The notes beneath the pieces were generated by a model. That model ran no database searches, was not told the origin of the DNA, and saw only the letters and a list, made by a program, of their open reading frames with translations. This document shows, piece after piece, positions 9,319 through 19,323 of a stretch of 64,000 nt of DNA. Position numbers and translations under genes: made by a program. Within the stretch, counting starts at the first letter, position 1; each line of letters starts with the position of its first letter. The stretch is from the IMG/VR virus record IMGVR_UViG_3300044960_000113, positions 96,001 to 160,000 of that record; one strand, 5' to 3'. Origin of the DNA: a virus.

Positions 9319-11460
9319 TTATAAAATATGTTTGGTTTTATTATAATTGTCTTTAATGAATTCAACAAGTTCTTCCAAACGAATAGGTCTAGATACAAGG
9401 TAACCCTGATAATTGTGACATCCTATTTCTTTAAGTTTATCTAACTGTTCATATGTTTCTACTCCTTCAGCAGTAACAGAAATATTCATACGACCAGCTA
9501 AATCTTTTACCATAGTTATAATATTTTGTGACTTATCACTTATTAATATATTATCAACAAAAGATTTATCTATTTTCAAAATATCTATTTTAAATTTTGC
9601 TAGATAGTGTAAACTTGAATAACCTGTTCCAAAATCATCTAAAGCTATTTTTATTCCACTATTTTTAATTTTTTCAATATTATTAGATGCTGAATCAATA
9701 TTATTGATAAGCATTGATTCTGTTATTTCTATACATAGTTTTGTTGGGTCAATGTTTTCTTTTATTATTTTATTTTTTAATTTTGTAACAGTTTCTTCAT
9801 TTAAATCCTTTGCAGAAAAATTCATAGAAAAATATAAATTAGATATATCTACTTTATCTTGAATTAATTTTATATCTCTTATACATCTATCTATAACAAA
9901 ATTTGTTAATTTATGAATCATTCCAGCATCTTCAACAATATGAATAAATAAATTCGGTGTTATAATAGCATTATTTCTTCTATCTTCCCATCTTAATAAG
10001 GCCTCTACACCAACAATTTTATTAGTACTTATTGAAATAATAGGTTGATAAAATAAATGAAGTTCATCATACCCTAGAGCACGTCTAATACCATTTTCTA
10101 TCTTAACTCTATATTCAACTCTAGCATCTATTTCTTCTTTATAAAATTGAAAATTATTTCTACCAGATTCTTTAGCATAATACATTGCTGCATCTGCACA
10201 TTCTAATAATTCATTTATATTTGTTGAATCATCTGGATAAACGCTTATTCCTATAGATGCTGATATATTAATTTTTTTAGTTCCACCATTTAATTCTATA
10301 GGATTTTCTAAACTATTTAGAATTTTAATTGCTATACGCTCTACATATTTAATATCACATATATTATGTATTACTATAACAAACTCATCACCACCTAATC
10401 TAATAATAAGATCATTTTCTCTTACTGTTGATTTTAATATTTTAGCTACATTTTTTAATAAAATATCTCCAGTTGAATGACCATATGTATCATTGATTAA
10501 TTTAAATCTATCTAGATCTAAATAAAATAATGCTATTTTTTTATTATTAGATCTAGCTTCAGCAAATAGATCATTTATTTTTACATTTAATAATTCCCTA
10601 TTTCCTAGTCCTGTCAAAACATCATGATGTGCTAAAAAATTTATTTTTTCTTCTTTTATTTTTAATTCTGTTATATCTGAAAATTCACCAATATAACCAA
10701 TTATTTCATTATTATCATCTTTGACTGTTGATATTATAAGATGTTCTGGGTATATTTCACCAGTCTTTTTCTTATTCCATATTTCACCTTTCCACGTACC
10801 AGTATTTAAAATTGAATTCCACATATTTTTATAAAAATCTGGATTATGAATTCCTGATGATAATATATTAGGTTTTTTACCTAAAACTTCATCTATTGAA
10901 TATCCTGTTATATTACTAAACATCTGATTTACAAATGTTATTTTAATATCGTCATCACATATCATTATTCCATGAGAACTATATTTAAGTGCTGCCAATG
11001 CATAATTAATTTGTTTTTCTTGTTTAAATACTTTTTCCGATAAAAGTTTATAATTTGTTATGTTTTTGCCTGTTCCACGGTATCCATTAAAAATACCTAA
11101 ATCATCTATAATTGGAACACCATTTAATTCAAACCAATATGTTCTATTATATTTGTCTTTAAAAGAATATATAAATCCGTGAAACGGTAATCTTTTATTT
11201 ATTTTATCTTTATATTCATTTAACACATTTATATCTTCAAATCCAAAAGATTCTATTTCACATATTTTTTTGCCTAAAAAATCCTCTTTATCAAAACCAG
11301 TAATAAGAAAAAATTTATCAGATAGATAAGTAAAAACAAGATTTTCATCTTGTTCCCAATACCAATCACAAGAAATGTCTAATAATTCTTGATTTTTTAT
11401 ATATAATTTTAGTATTTCATCTTCAACTATTTTTGAAGATGTGCATATTTCTTCTGACAT
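9319..11460 (-). CDS. PAS-PAS-GGDEF-EAL diguanylate cyclase/phosphodiesterase
   Basis: PAS (DWYWEQDENL; PNILSSGIH..GEIWNKKKTG), HDVLTGLGNR, RENDLIIRLGGDEF (RxxD I-site plus GGDEF), VEALLRW, EITES, DDFGTGYSSL, EGVET, QGY. Confidence 0.96.
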   Translation of the reverse strand: MSEEICTSSKIVEDEILKLYIKNQELLDISCDWYWEQDENLVFTYLSDKFFLITGFDKEDFLGKKICEIESFGFEDINVLNEYKDKINKRLPFHGFIYSFKDKYNRTYWFELNGVPIIDDLGIFNGYRGTGKNITNYKLLSEKVFKQEKQINYALAALKYSSHGIMICDDDIKITFVNQMFSNITGYSIDEVLGKKPNILSSGIHNPDFYKNMWNSILNTGTWKGEIWNKKKTGEIYPEHLIISTVKDDNNEIIGYIGEFSDITELKIKEEKINFLAHHDVLTGLGNRELLNVKINDLFAEARSNNKKIALFYLDLDRFKLINDTYGHSTGDILLKNVAKILKSTVRENDLIIRLGGDEFVIVIHNICDIKYVERIAIKILNSLENPIELNGGTKKINISASIGISVYPDDSTNINELLECADAAMYYAKESGRNNFQFYKEEIDARVEYRVKIENGIRRALGYDELHLFYQPIISISTNKIVGVEALLRWEDRRNNAIITPNLFIHIVEDAGMIHKLTNFVIDRCIRDIKLIQDKVDISNLYFSMNFSAKDLNEETVTKLKNKIIKENIDPTKLCIEITESMLINNIDSASNNIEKIKNSGIKIALDDFGTGYSSLHYLAKFKIDILKIDKSFVDNILISDKSQNIITMVKDLAGRMNISVTAEGVETYEQLDKLKEIGCHNYQGYLVSRPIRLEELVEFIKDNYNKTKHIL

Positions 11461-11486
11461 GTTAATATTATGTTGTTATTAATATA

Positions 11487-11494
11487 TATTTATA
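11487..11494 (-). promoter_or_regulatory. T4-type late promoter TATAAATA upstream of the GGDEF-EAL gene
   Basis: Exact TATAAATA on the minus strand 27 nt before the ATG, just downstream of a terminator hairpin. Confidence 0.6.
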
Positions 11495-11501
11495 TAAAAT
11501 A

Positions 11502-11530
11502 ATGGGATAACTTTTTAAAAGTTATCCCAT
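11502..11530 (-). terminator. Intrinsic terminator-like hairpin
   Basis: ATGGGATAAC..GTTATCCCAT perfect 10-bp stem followed by T-rich tail. Confidence 0.65.
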
Positions 11531-11558
11531 CATAACAAATATATATAAAATATTAAAT

Positions 11559-11894
11559 TTACATATGTGTTGATAATGATAATCCACTTGTATGTTCAAG
11601 AAATGCATCTTGAAGTTGTTTCGAAATATCAGTATTTACACTACATATTGTGCTAATTTGAATAGAAATTGTTCCATCCATATTCGTAAACATAAATGGA
11701 ACCAACGTCAAACCAATTCTACCACTACCATCTCCACCAATTTCAATACGTCTTACTTTTTCGATTTTTATAAAATATTTTTCATCATCTTTAATATTGT
11801 TTAACATAGATGATAAATAGCGTAAATTATTGTCATCAATGCGACCAATGATTTCTTCTCCATTTACAAGCTTTAATGCTATAATATTATTCAT
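11559..11894 (-). CDS. Conserved T4-like phage small protein (Sm-like fold, tentative)
   Basis: LKLVNGEEIIG..LVPFMF..FLEHTSGL pattern recalled from large T4-like phages. Confidence 0.55.
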   Translation of the reverse strand: MNNIIALKLVNGEEIIGRIDDNNLRYLSSMLNNIKDDEKYFIKIEKVRRIEIGGDGSGRIGLTLVPFMFTNMDGTISIQISTICSVNTDISKQLQDAFLEHTSGLSLSTHM

Positions 11895-11920
11895 ATATTT
11901 TTCTCCATGTGTTATAAAAA

Positions 11921-12214
11921 TTATCTTTTCCTTTTTTTACTTCTTTCATTTGTGTCTTTTGAAATATCAAAAAAATCTATACTACGTTTGGAAACCCACT
12001 TAATAAATTTTTCTATTTCCGGGTGTTCTCTTAATCTTTCCCATGTATGATAATAATTTAACAATTCGCGTTCTGTAAATGTTGAATGAATTTTTTGGTG
12101 ACATATTTTATGGATTTTTTCAGCATCTTTACCCTTAAATGTTTTTGGGATCAAATGGTGTTGATCAATATTTATTTCACCCAACTCACGATGACATAAT
12201 GGACATTTATTCAT
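11921..12214 (-). CDS. Small HNH nuclease
   Basis: CPLC..HHLIPK..ICHQKIH. Confidence 0.8.
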   Translation of the reverse strand: MNKCPLCHRELGEINIDQHHLIPKTFKGKDAEKIHKICHQKIHSTFTERELLNYYHTWERLREHPEIEKFIKWVSKRSIDFFDISKDTNERSKKRKR

Positions 12215-12234
12215 TAATTTTTAAACATCTGATT

Positions 12235-12942
12235 TTAATTGAATTCAGTTCCACCTTTACGTGTTAAATAATCTTCACTAACACTCTTAAGAATAACTCT
12301 TCCTAATTGCGGGTGATTTCTTTCATTTTTAGGTTTAACAACAACACCTTCACGAATATGTTTAGCTTTTCCGGATACTGTTTCTTTTCCAACAGTATAT
12401 TTCATAACAGTATCTTTTGAATATGGGCCAACAAATAATATTGGAACCATTTCTAATTTTAATTTATCTTTCATTTCTGTTAATGTTTCAAAATCAGTAA
12501 ATTTAATATTTTGTCTATATCCCCTAGCAATATCAAAAATTCTAAATGAAATTTTTTCTCCATATGTCAAATCTTGGACTCCCGGACCATATATTTCACC
12601 CAATATATGAATAGGTTCTTCAAGTTCCACGTTTTTAAACGTGTTTAATACAATATCAATTATTCCCATACTTCTCAACGTTCTAATATAAATATTATCC
12701 TTGTTTTTTTCATTATTTTTAAAACACAAACCTTTACTTCCGAGACCTTTGCTATATACAAGGATACGGCCATCAATCATATCATCAGTTCCATCTTTTT
12801 CAGGAACAAAAGTAATACCACAAAACGAATTATGGACTAATATATTATTAGCAAAAAAATTATTAACATTATTAACTTCTATATCATAACGCATTGAAGT
12901 ATTTTCAATTTTTTTGATAGATTTAATTTTAACCGTTTTCAT
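12235..12942 (-). CDS. Split-intein C part (38 aa) fused to RNA ligase C-extein
   Basis: MKTVKIKSIKK..YDIEV..NFFANNILVHN|S; extein has ILGEIYGPGVQ, FDI, REGVVVKP, ILKSVSEDYL (RNA ligase motifs). Confidence 0.92.
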   Translation of the reverse strand: MKTVKIKSIKKIENTSMRYDIEVNNVNNFFANNILVHNSFCGITFVPEKDGTDDMIDGRILVYSKGLGSKGLCFKNNEKNKDNIYIRTLRSMGIIDIVLNTFKNVELEEPIHILGEIYGPGVQDLTYGEKISFRIFDIARGYRQNIKFTDFETLTEMKDKLKLEMVPILFVGPYSKDTVMKYTVGKETVSGKAKHIREGVVVKPKNERNHPQLGRVILKSVSEDYLTRKGGTEFN

Positions 12943-12950
12943 TTTATTTC

Positions 12951-13100
12951 CTATAATAAAAAATTAATAATTCTATTTTTAACATTATCAAAATTCTTTC
13001 TTATGTCATTTTCCCATAGTACTGAAACATTATATCCTTGTTGTTCTGCTAAATTAATTTTTATTTTATCTCTATTCCAAATGTCTTTAACTTTCGCATT
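12951..13100 (-). pseudogene. C-terminal remnant of a Vsr-like endonuclease gene between the split-intein halves
   Basis: Manual translation NAKVKDIWNRDKIKINLAEQQGYNVSVLWENDIRKNFDNVKNRIINFLL*; RD..K...A...GY.V..LWE.D resembles Vsr/DUF559-type C-termini; in frame just after the IntN stop. Confidence 0.65.
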
Positions 13101-13919
13101 TTAAGAATATAATAAAAATTCATCATTTTCTGTCAAGAATTTAACTTCTCTATAACAATTTAATTTAGGTAACCAAACTAAATGATTTTCTGTTAATTTA
13201 ATAATCTGTCCATCTTCAGTTTCAATTTCATACCATTGTTTATCATTTGGGAATATAGAATGTCCATTAATTTTTTCATAAACAACTTCATTAGTAGTTA
13301 TATCAAAAGCTTTTACGTGACAAAATATCTTTTTATCGCAAACCTGCCCAATTTTAATAGGACCAAATTCTAATGTATCAATTATTGTATCATAATCAGC
13401 ACAGCCATGAATTTTTTCTGTAACTACAACATCTTCACCATCTTCAAAAACATCTGGCCACGCTTTAATATTTTCAATGTCATAATTTACTGTCAAACGC
13501 GTACCTGCATTAAATACTTCTCCTGCCATATGAACAGGAATTGGCGGTTCATACTTAACAATGCCCAATTCCTCAGCAACATCAACTCCTTCTACATGTA
13601 AATCTGAATTATTCAATGCACTCACTGGAATAACAATACCAAGTGACAACTCACCCCTAAGCTTTATTGCTTTAACTCTATCACCTTTTGATCCAGCAAG
13701 CATTCCTTTATTTTCTTTTTCATTCCAAAATCCATATTTTTTCAAAATCCATTCTGGAACGATAGCAGCTTCTGGAATATATACAACAAGATCACCAGTT
13801 TTATATTGACCTTTTTTTACCACACAATGATAATCATCAACTTTAGCTAATTCTAAAGCATCAGCATTTGGATGTGGCAATATTTCTATTTTACGTACTT
13901 TAACAGAAAAAGTACTCAT
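13101..13919 (-). CDS. RNA ligase (DRB0094/Rnl2-like) N-extein fused to split-intein N part (100 aa)
   Basis: HPNADALE, VVYIPE, RVKAIKLRG, motif I TEKIHG|CADYDT.., intein block B KLTENH. Confidence 0.92.
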   Translation of the reverse strand: MSTFSVKVRKIEILPHPNADALELAKVDDYHCVVKKGQYKTGDLVVYIPEAAIVPEWILKKYGFWNEKENKGMLAGSKGDRVKAIKLRGELSLGIVIPVSALNNSDLHVEGVDVAEELGIVKYEPPIPVHMAGEVFNAGTRLTVNYDIENIKAWPDVFEDGEDVVVTEKIHGCADYDTIIDTLEFGPIKIGQVCDKKIFCHVKAFDITTNEVVYEKINGHSIFPNDKQWYEIETEDGQIIKLTENHLVWLPKLNCYREVKFLTENDEFLLYS

Positions 13920-13967
13920 ATATAACTACTCCTAATTATATATATGTTCAATATTTAATTTTAGAAG

Positions 13968-14207
13968 TTACTTCTTTTCATTCAATATTTGTGGCTGTTT
14001 TTCATTTGATTGTTCTTTATTATCTTTTTTTGAAGCTTCAATTTCATCATTTTTAAATTTAAAATAATGACCTATCACCATTATAGCTAAAGTAATATAT
14101 CCTAAAGCAACTAATGGTTGTGGTCTATTTGGATCATGTAACAACATTGCACTTGACATAACAAGTGCCGCAATAATAATAGACCAATCTTTTATTTTAA
14201 TGTTCAT
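13968..14207 (-). CDS. Hypothetical membrane protein
   Basis: Two hydrophobic segments. Confidence 0.55.
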   Translation of the reverse strand: MNIKIKDWSIIIAALVMSSAMLLHDPNRPQPLVALGYITLAIMVIGHYFKFKNDEIEASKKDNKEQSNEKQPQILNEKK

Positions 14208-14245
14208 ATATAGTTCCTATTGTGTAATATTATATATCATTTTTG

Positions 14246-14998
14246 TCAAATTGTAAATATATTTTTACTATCTATATTTTTATTGATTGCTATTAATCTA
14301 ATATCTTGTTTTTTATAGTTACGAGGCATACGTATATGCCAAATTGGTAATGAAGATTCTATATTCTCAGTATCATCATTCCAATATACTGCTGAAATCT
14401 TTTTAATATTATTAATATCAATTGCACAAATATTATATTTTTTATTTTTAATAAAATTTGTCCACAAATTTTTAGCATCTTTTGTTTGTTTATGGTCTGA
14501 TATAAGAATAAGATTATCATGATTTATTATAGCATCATAAAGTTTGGAACCTAATCCTTTACCTCTATATTCATTATGAATATATGACATAACAACTTGC
14601 CATATATCTAACTTTCGTTTCTTTTTTTCTATTATAACATAACCTTTAATAAAACTTGGGCATTTTAGAATATTTTTCTTTTCTTTTTCTATATTTTTTA
14701 ATTTATCATATTGTTGTTTTTCTTTTTTTGTTAATTCTTTAAAATGCCTTTTAATTTTTAAAATTCGAAGTTTATTTTTACCACCATAATATTCAAAATT
14801 AATTACGTCACGTTTTTCATTTTTGTTCCAAAGTAAATAAATTTTCTCATTTTTTGATTTATCTAGACGCGATAATGTTAGATTTCCTATTTTATATAAA
14901 TCTGTCAAATATATTTTTTTTTCAAACATGTGTTTTGCAATATATTGCACGGTTGGTCTGACATAATATTGTGTAATTTCTTTATCTAAAAGAATCAT
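14246..14998 (-). CDS. GNAT-fold acetyltransferase-like protein
   Basis: Motif A YRGKGLGSKLY; QTKDAKNLW. Confidence 0.6.
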   Translation of the reverse strand: MILLDKEITQYYVRPTVQYIAKHMFEKKIYLTDLYKIGNLTLSRLDKSKNEKIYLLWNKNEKRDVINFEYYGGKNKLRILKIKRHFKELTKKEKQQYDKLKNIEKEKKNILKCPSFIKGYVIIEKKKRKLDIWQVVMSYIHNEYRGKGLGSKLYDAIINHDNLILISDHKQTKDAKNLWTNFIKNKKYNICAIDINNIKKISAVYWNDDTENIESSLPIWHIRMPRNYKKQDIRLIAINKNIDSKNIFTI

Positions 14999-15285
14999 AA
15001 AAATTCACTCTTTATATTTTTAAGTATTTTTTTATCTATTATTGAAATATTTTTTATAAATACGTCTATTTTTTCTTTACCATGAATTTGACAAAGGTTT
15101 TTAATAATATCTTTAATGTCAGAATATACAACATCTTTAGTTGTTTTTTTAATAAAATATCTATTTTCTAAAATATATCGATGTAATCTAAATTCACAAT
15201 ATATCGAAGAAAATATGGAAGCAGCTTGAAACTCATCACTCATATAATCTACATCAAATATTATAGCGAATTCTTTTTCTTTCAT
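14995..15285 (-). CDS. Hypothetical protein
   Basis: ORF in operon. Confidence 0.5.
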   Translation of the reverse strand: MKEKEFAIIFDVDYMSDEFQAASIFSSIYCEFRLHRYILENRYFIKKTTKDVVYSDIKDIIKNLCQIHGKEKIDVFIKNISIIDKKILKNIKSEFL

Positions 15286-15524
15286 TTAATAAATGACATC
15301 ACAGTTCTAATAACATTAATTGCTTCTTCTAATAATTTCTTTCTTTCTATACTACTTGCTTCTTTTTCTATTTCATACATTGTTTCAATATTTTTTAAAA
15401 TATTTTCATATTCAACCTCTGTTAATTTTCCATTATCATAGTATTGTTTTGCCGATACAGCCATTTTTGTTATTTTTGAAACAAACTTATCATCAGATGA
15501 TAAAAATTTTGAAATATCTGTCAT
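15282..15524 (-). CDS. Hypothetical helical protein
   Basis: ORF in operon. Confidence 0.55.
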   Translation of the reverse strand: MTDISKFLSSDDKFVSKITKMAVSAKQYYDNGKLTEVEYENILKNIETMYEIEKEASSIERKKLLEEAINVIRTVMSFIK

Positions 15525-15529
15525 TTAAA

Positions 15530-15919
15530 TTATCTCCTTTTTGCAATAGCCTGTATTGTTCTATCAATAGAAGCTGTTAAAAATTCTCCTTGTAATTTAC
15601 AATATTCTAAATTAAATGATTTAGACAATTCAACATCTTTTTTAAACTTATCAACGCTATCTTTTAGCTTTATTATTATATTATATAATTCTTCATTATT
15701 ATTTTGATATTTCGAATATTTTTCTAAAAATCGTAAATTCAAATATAAACTATTTAAAGAGTATAATAAATTATTTTTATCAGAACATGAATTAGAAATA
15801 TCATCTGCTATAACAGAAAGTGTAATAACATGTTCATATTCTACTGGATCATAATTTATAGATATATGTGAACAACCAGATAAAAATGCTAATGATATGA
15901 TAAAAAATATTTTTTTCAT
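15530..15919 (-). CDS. Lipoprotein
   Basis: Signal peptide with lipobox FLSG|C. Confidence 0.7.
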   Translation of the reverse strand: MKKIFFIISLAFLSGCSHISINYDPVEYEHVITLSVIADDISNSCSDKNNLLYSLNSLYLNLRFLEKYSKYQNNNEELYNIIIKLKDSVDKFKKDVELSKSFNLEYCKLQGEFLTASIDRTIQAIAKRR

Positions 15920-16033
15920 TTTACTAATCCTATATATTAATCTTAAATATATTTATTATATTTAAAACAATAACCCTTAGAATTTATTAAATTCTAAGGG
16001 TTAAAAAAATTACACTATATTTATTTTTTAATT

Positions 16034-16498
16034 TTATTTAATAGCTATTTTTTTAATGTGTGATTCTTTTTCTGGCTTAACTAAAGTAATAGTTAAAACA
16101 CCATCATTAAATTCGCATTCTTCAATATCTACACCATCATGAACAGTAAACAATGTTTTAAATTGTCTTTGGCTAAATCCACGAAAAACATATTGTTTAT
16201 TTTCATCCTTTTGTTCTTTATTTTTTTGACCTCTAACGACTAAAACATTTTTATCCAACTCAACAGACAATTCATCTTTTTTAAATCCGGCAATAGCGAA
16301 TTCTAATTGCCATTTATTATCACCCAATTTAATATAGTTATATGGTGGATATGAAGGAACATTTACATGAAAATTATCATCAAACAACTTATCCATTATA
16401 GAAAAAACATCATCAAACCCAATCGTTCTTGGAAAGAGTGGACCAAATATATCAGTATGTTTTTGAGGTAATTGATCTTTTAAAACATTTAGAACCAT
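16034..16498 (-). CDS. Small heat-shock protein Hsp20 (IbpA-like)
   Basis: IGFD, YPPYN, AIAGFKKDEL, RGFSQRQF, DGVLTITL. Confidence 0.93.
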   Translation of the reverse strand: MVLNVLKDQLPQKHTDIFGPLFPRTIGFDDVFSIMDKLFDDNFHVNVPSYPPYNYIKLGDNKWQLEFAIAGFKKDELSVELDKNVLVVRGQKNKEQKDENKQYVFRGFSQRQFKTLFTVHDGVDIEECEFNDGVLTITLVKPEKESHIKKIAIK

Positions 16499-16578
16499 AG
16501 TTTTTCCTCCTTATTAATAAGCAAGTTAATAATATGAGAGATATATTCATAATGAACTATATCTCATAATTATTTATA

Positions 16579-16893
16579 TTAAATTTTATGATTTATTTTT
16601 AGATGTTCTAAAAATTCTGTGTATTTTGTATATTCACCAACATCATACATATCACATAATAATTTACACCCATATTTTATATTAGCTATAAAATTTATAT
16701 CTATAGTATAGAAAATTTTATTGTAAAACTGATATGATTTTATAATATCATCAATAGAAACTTTATTATCTTCTATCATTTTAAGAATTAAATCTGGTGC
16801 ATGTTTTTCAACAAATGCACGATTTATTAATGATAATAATTTATTCTTAAATTCAGAAAAATCAGAATTTAAATTATTTTTTTCGTCTGACAT
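16579..16893 (-). CDS. Hypothetical protein
   Basis: ORF track. Confidence 0.5.
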   Translation of the reverse strand: MSDEKNNLNSDFSEFKNKLLSLINRAFVEKHAPDLILKMIEDNKVSIDDIIKSYQFYNKIFYTIDINFIANIKYGCKLLCDMYDVGEYTKYTEFLEHLKINHKI

Positions 16894-16895
16894 TT

Positions 16896-17357
16896 TTAAA
16901 AATCAAAAGATGTTTGTTTATATGATTTACTAACAAAATTATCTAATATTTTAATTTCTTCGTTATTATTAGAATTTGAACTTTCATTAAATTCATCATC
17001 TAAATAGTTTTGATCTATAAAATAATTTTCCAAAAAATCTGGTGTATTAATATAAACATTATTTGTATACGTATATACATCATCTTTTTTAGATTTTTCA
17101 AAACTAATTATAATTTTTTCTATTAAATTTTTAATATTTCTCCATTGCTCAGCTGTTGGTACCTGATCAACTGAATTAATAACAAAAATTAAATCATCAT
17201 ATGCATTATTGTCAATAATTAAATCTGATAATAAATCTGATTCTTTTTCAATTATCGAATCTAAATATTCTATAATTTTTCTCCATTGACTAATGTTTGG
17301 CTGAACTTCATTAAATTTAATAAATCCATAAAGCATAATTATAAAAAATTTAATCAT
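16896..17357 (-). CDS. Hypothetical acidic protein
   Basis: ORF track; internal repeat (P)xxxQWRxI. Confidence 0.5.
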   Translation of the reverse strand: MIKFFIIMLYGFIKFNEVQPNISQWRKIIEYLDSIIEKESDLLSDLIIDNNAYDDLIFVINSVDQVPTAEQWRNIKNLIEKIIISFEKSKKDDVYTYTNNVYINTPDFLENYFIDQNYLDDEFNESSNSNNNEEIKILDNFVSKSYKQTSFDF

Positions 17358-17359
17358 TT

Positions 17360-17884
17360 TTATTTTTCTCCTACAATAGATAATAATTTTTCAATTGTGT
17401 CATTGGGATTTTTATAAAGAATTCCTATTGAATTACCTTTTTTTACCCAATCATCTATATTTGATTTTCTATCATCTATTAAAATATCACCAGATTTTGC
17501 ATGTTTCCATTTATCATGTGAATATGGACCCAAAACAACTTCAATATTACCAAAATGTTCTTTTACCCATTTTCTTTTATCGTCTTCAGCAAACGGCATA
17601 GTACTTTTTCGTGGTATAGCTGTTAAAATTTTTATATCATAGCCATATTTTTTAGCAATATCTTGAATTTCACCAAATAAATATTCAGCAGATTCCATTT
17701 CTTTTAACTTAGAATAAAAATGTGGATCTTTTTGAATAATTTCCCACATTTCATCGTCATTTTGTTCACTTGGATATTTACCAGTATATTGTTTAACAGC
17801 CTCATTAAAATTAGCAAGAACACCATCTAAATCTAGATATATAATAGGCTTTCTATTTTCTTTATATAATTCTTTTAATTTCAT
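17360..17884 (-). CDS. HAD-family 5'(3')-deoxyribonucleotidase with MKLKEL leader
   Basis: IYLDLDGVLANF, ILTA, KRKW, ILIDDRKSNI. Confidence 0.85.
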   Translation of the reverse strand: MKLKELYKENRKPIIYLDLDGVLANFNEAVKQYTGKYPSEQNDDEMWEIIQKDPHFYSKLKEMESAEYLFGEIQDIAKKYGYDIKILTAIPRKSTMPFAEDDKRKWVKEHFGNIEVVLGPYSHDKWKHAKSGDILIDDRKSNIDDWVKKGNSIGILYKNPNDTIEKLLSIVGEK

Positions 17885-17889
17885 AAAAT

Positions 17890-18363
17890 TTAAATTAATA
17901 TTTCCGTATCTTTTAATTTTTTAGGGGAATTTTTTGATTTTTCTTCTGTGTTATTTTCTGGTTTAACATAATCATGAGGTGGAATAATTTCAGGAAACTT
18001 GTCTGCGGCAACAAAATCAAAAAATACATCTATTAATTTACAACCAACAAATCTATTATCACATTCTTTCATGACTGATATTATTGCATCAGCTCTGCTA
18101 TTTTCACTCAATACTACCCAAAATCCATCTTCTCCAATCGCTATAGCTCCCCAACCAGGTCTACCACTTTTAAGTAATAATATACACTCTTTATTTGTTA
18201 TTTTTTTACATTCATTTAAAGCACTTTCAACTGCATCATTTACTGATTTGGCAGAATGTATTCTTCCTATTTTTTTATCTTCAACTTGAACAACAATAGC
18301 AGATGCAGAATAACATATAGAAGAAATCATAATAAGTAACAAAAATGTAATGATCTTTTCCAT
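17890..18363 (-). CDS. Secreted DUF4189-like protein
   Basis: Signal peptide; ALNEC..C..GWGAIA..S..A...EC..C repeats. Confidence 0.65.
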   Translation of the reverse strand: MEKIITFLLLIMISSICYSASAIVVQVEDKKIGRIHSAKSVNDAVESALNECKKITNKECILLLKSGRPGWGAIAIGEDGFWVVLSENSRADAIISVMKECDNRFVGCKLIDVFFDFVAADKFPEIIPPHDYVKPENNTEEKSKNSPKKLKDTEILI

Positions 18364-18562
18364 TTGTTTTTCTTCCTATTAATACATAGCTAAATTATAT
18401 ATTAAAATTATATTTTTATGTTATTATGTAAAATGTTAGTAATTAATAATAAATTTTTCTTATATATTAATATTTATTAAAATTCTTTCACAAAAATAAT
18501 ATAATGGGTGTATTCTTAGAATACACCCATATATTTTATAATTAAATTATATATTAATATAA

Positions 18563-18805
18563 TTAAAGTACAGCTGATGCTAGATAACCATGTGATTTCC
18601 AGTAGATTTTTGTTTTGCCGTTTTTTGTTTGTTCTACTGAACGAATGGTAACACGACTATCTCGTTCACGTTTTGTAGTTTTACCAAGACGTGTGACACG
18701 TGTGCCAGCTGGAATTGTTACCTTACGACCTTCTTTCAAAATTACCATATAATTACTCCTTTCGTTTATATTATAAACAAATTTACGCAATTTACTATAC
18801 AACAA
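18563..18805 (-). CDS. Hypothetical basic protein
   Basis: ORF track; true start probably the second Met. Confidence 0.55.
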   Translation of the reverse strand: MLYSKLRKFVYNINERSNYMVILKEGRKVTIPAGTRVTRLGKTTKRERDSRVTIRSVEQTKNGKTKIYWKSHGYLASAVL

Positions 18806-19036
18806 CTTTTACTATGTCAAAGTCAACATATAAAATACTAATGTTTGCGCACCATTAGTGTTAAAAATTGTTATTTTTTAATCAATGTGGGTTATTTTTT
18901 ATATCATCATCAATAAGTGACGATATAATTGATGTTATATTAGAATCACGATTGATTACATAATTTATTAAATCACATAAAAGAAAAACACAAACTGCAA
19001 TAAATGAAATTAGTAAAAAAATAAGAATACTAGCTA

Positions 19037-19234
19037 TCATTTAACTATTTCTCCATAAGATTCGGATATATTAAAATATCCAATAATATGACCACGAGAA
19101 TTTGTTGCATTATAAACATTTTCATCATATGGGTCAATTTTAATTATACCATTATATTTTTCTATGACAGTTTTTTTCCATTCACCTAAATTTGTGAAGT
19201 TATTTTTTATATTAAATAACTCATTAACGTTCAT
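19037..19234 (-). CDS. Hypothetical protein
   Basis: ORF track. Confidence 0.5.
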   Translation of the reverse strand: MNVNELFNIKNNFTNLGEWKKTVIEKYNGIIKIDPYDENVYNATNSRGHIIGYFNISESYGEIVK

Positions 19235-19323
19235 TTACTTTTCCTCTTTTATATACCTTTTCTATATTAAAAATATTATAACATATTTTTTATTTTTTTT
19301 AACAAAAAATATCCTATTTTTAT

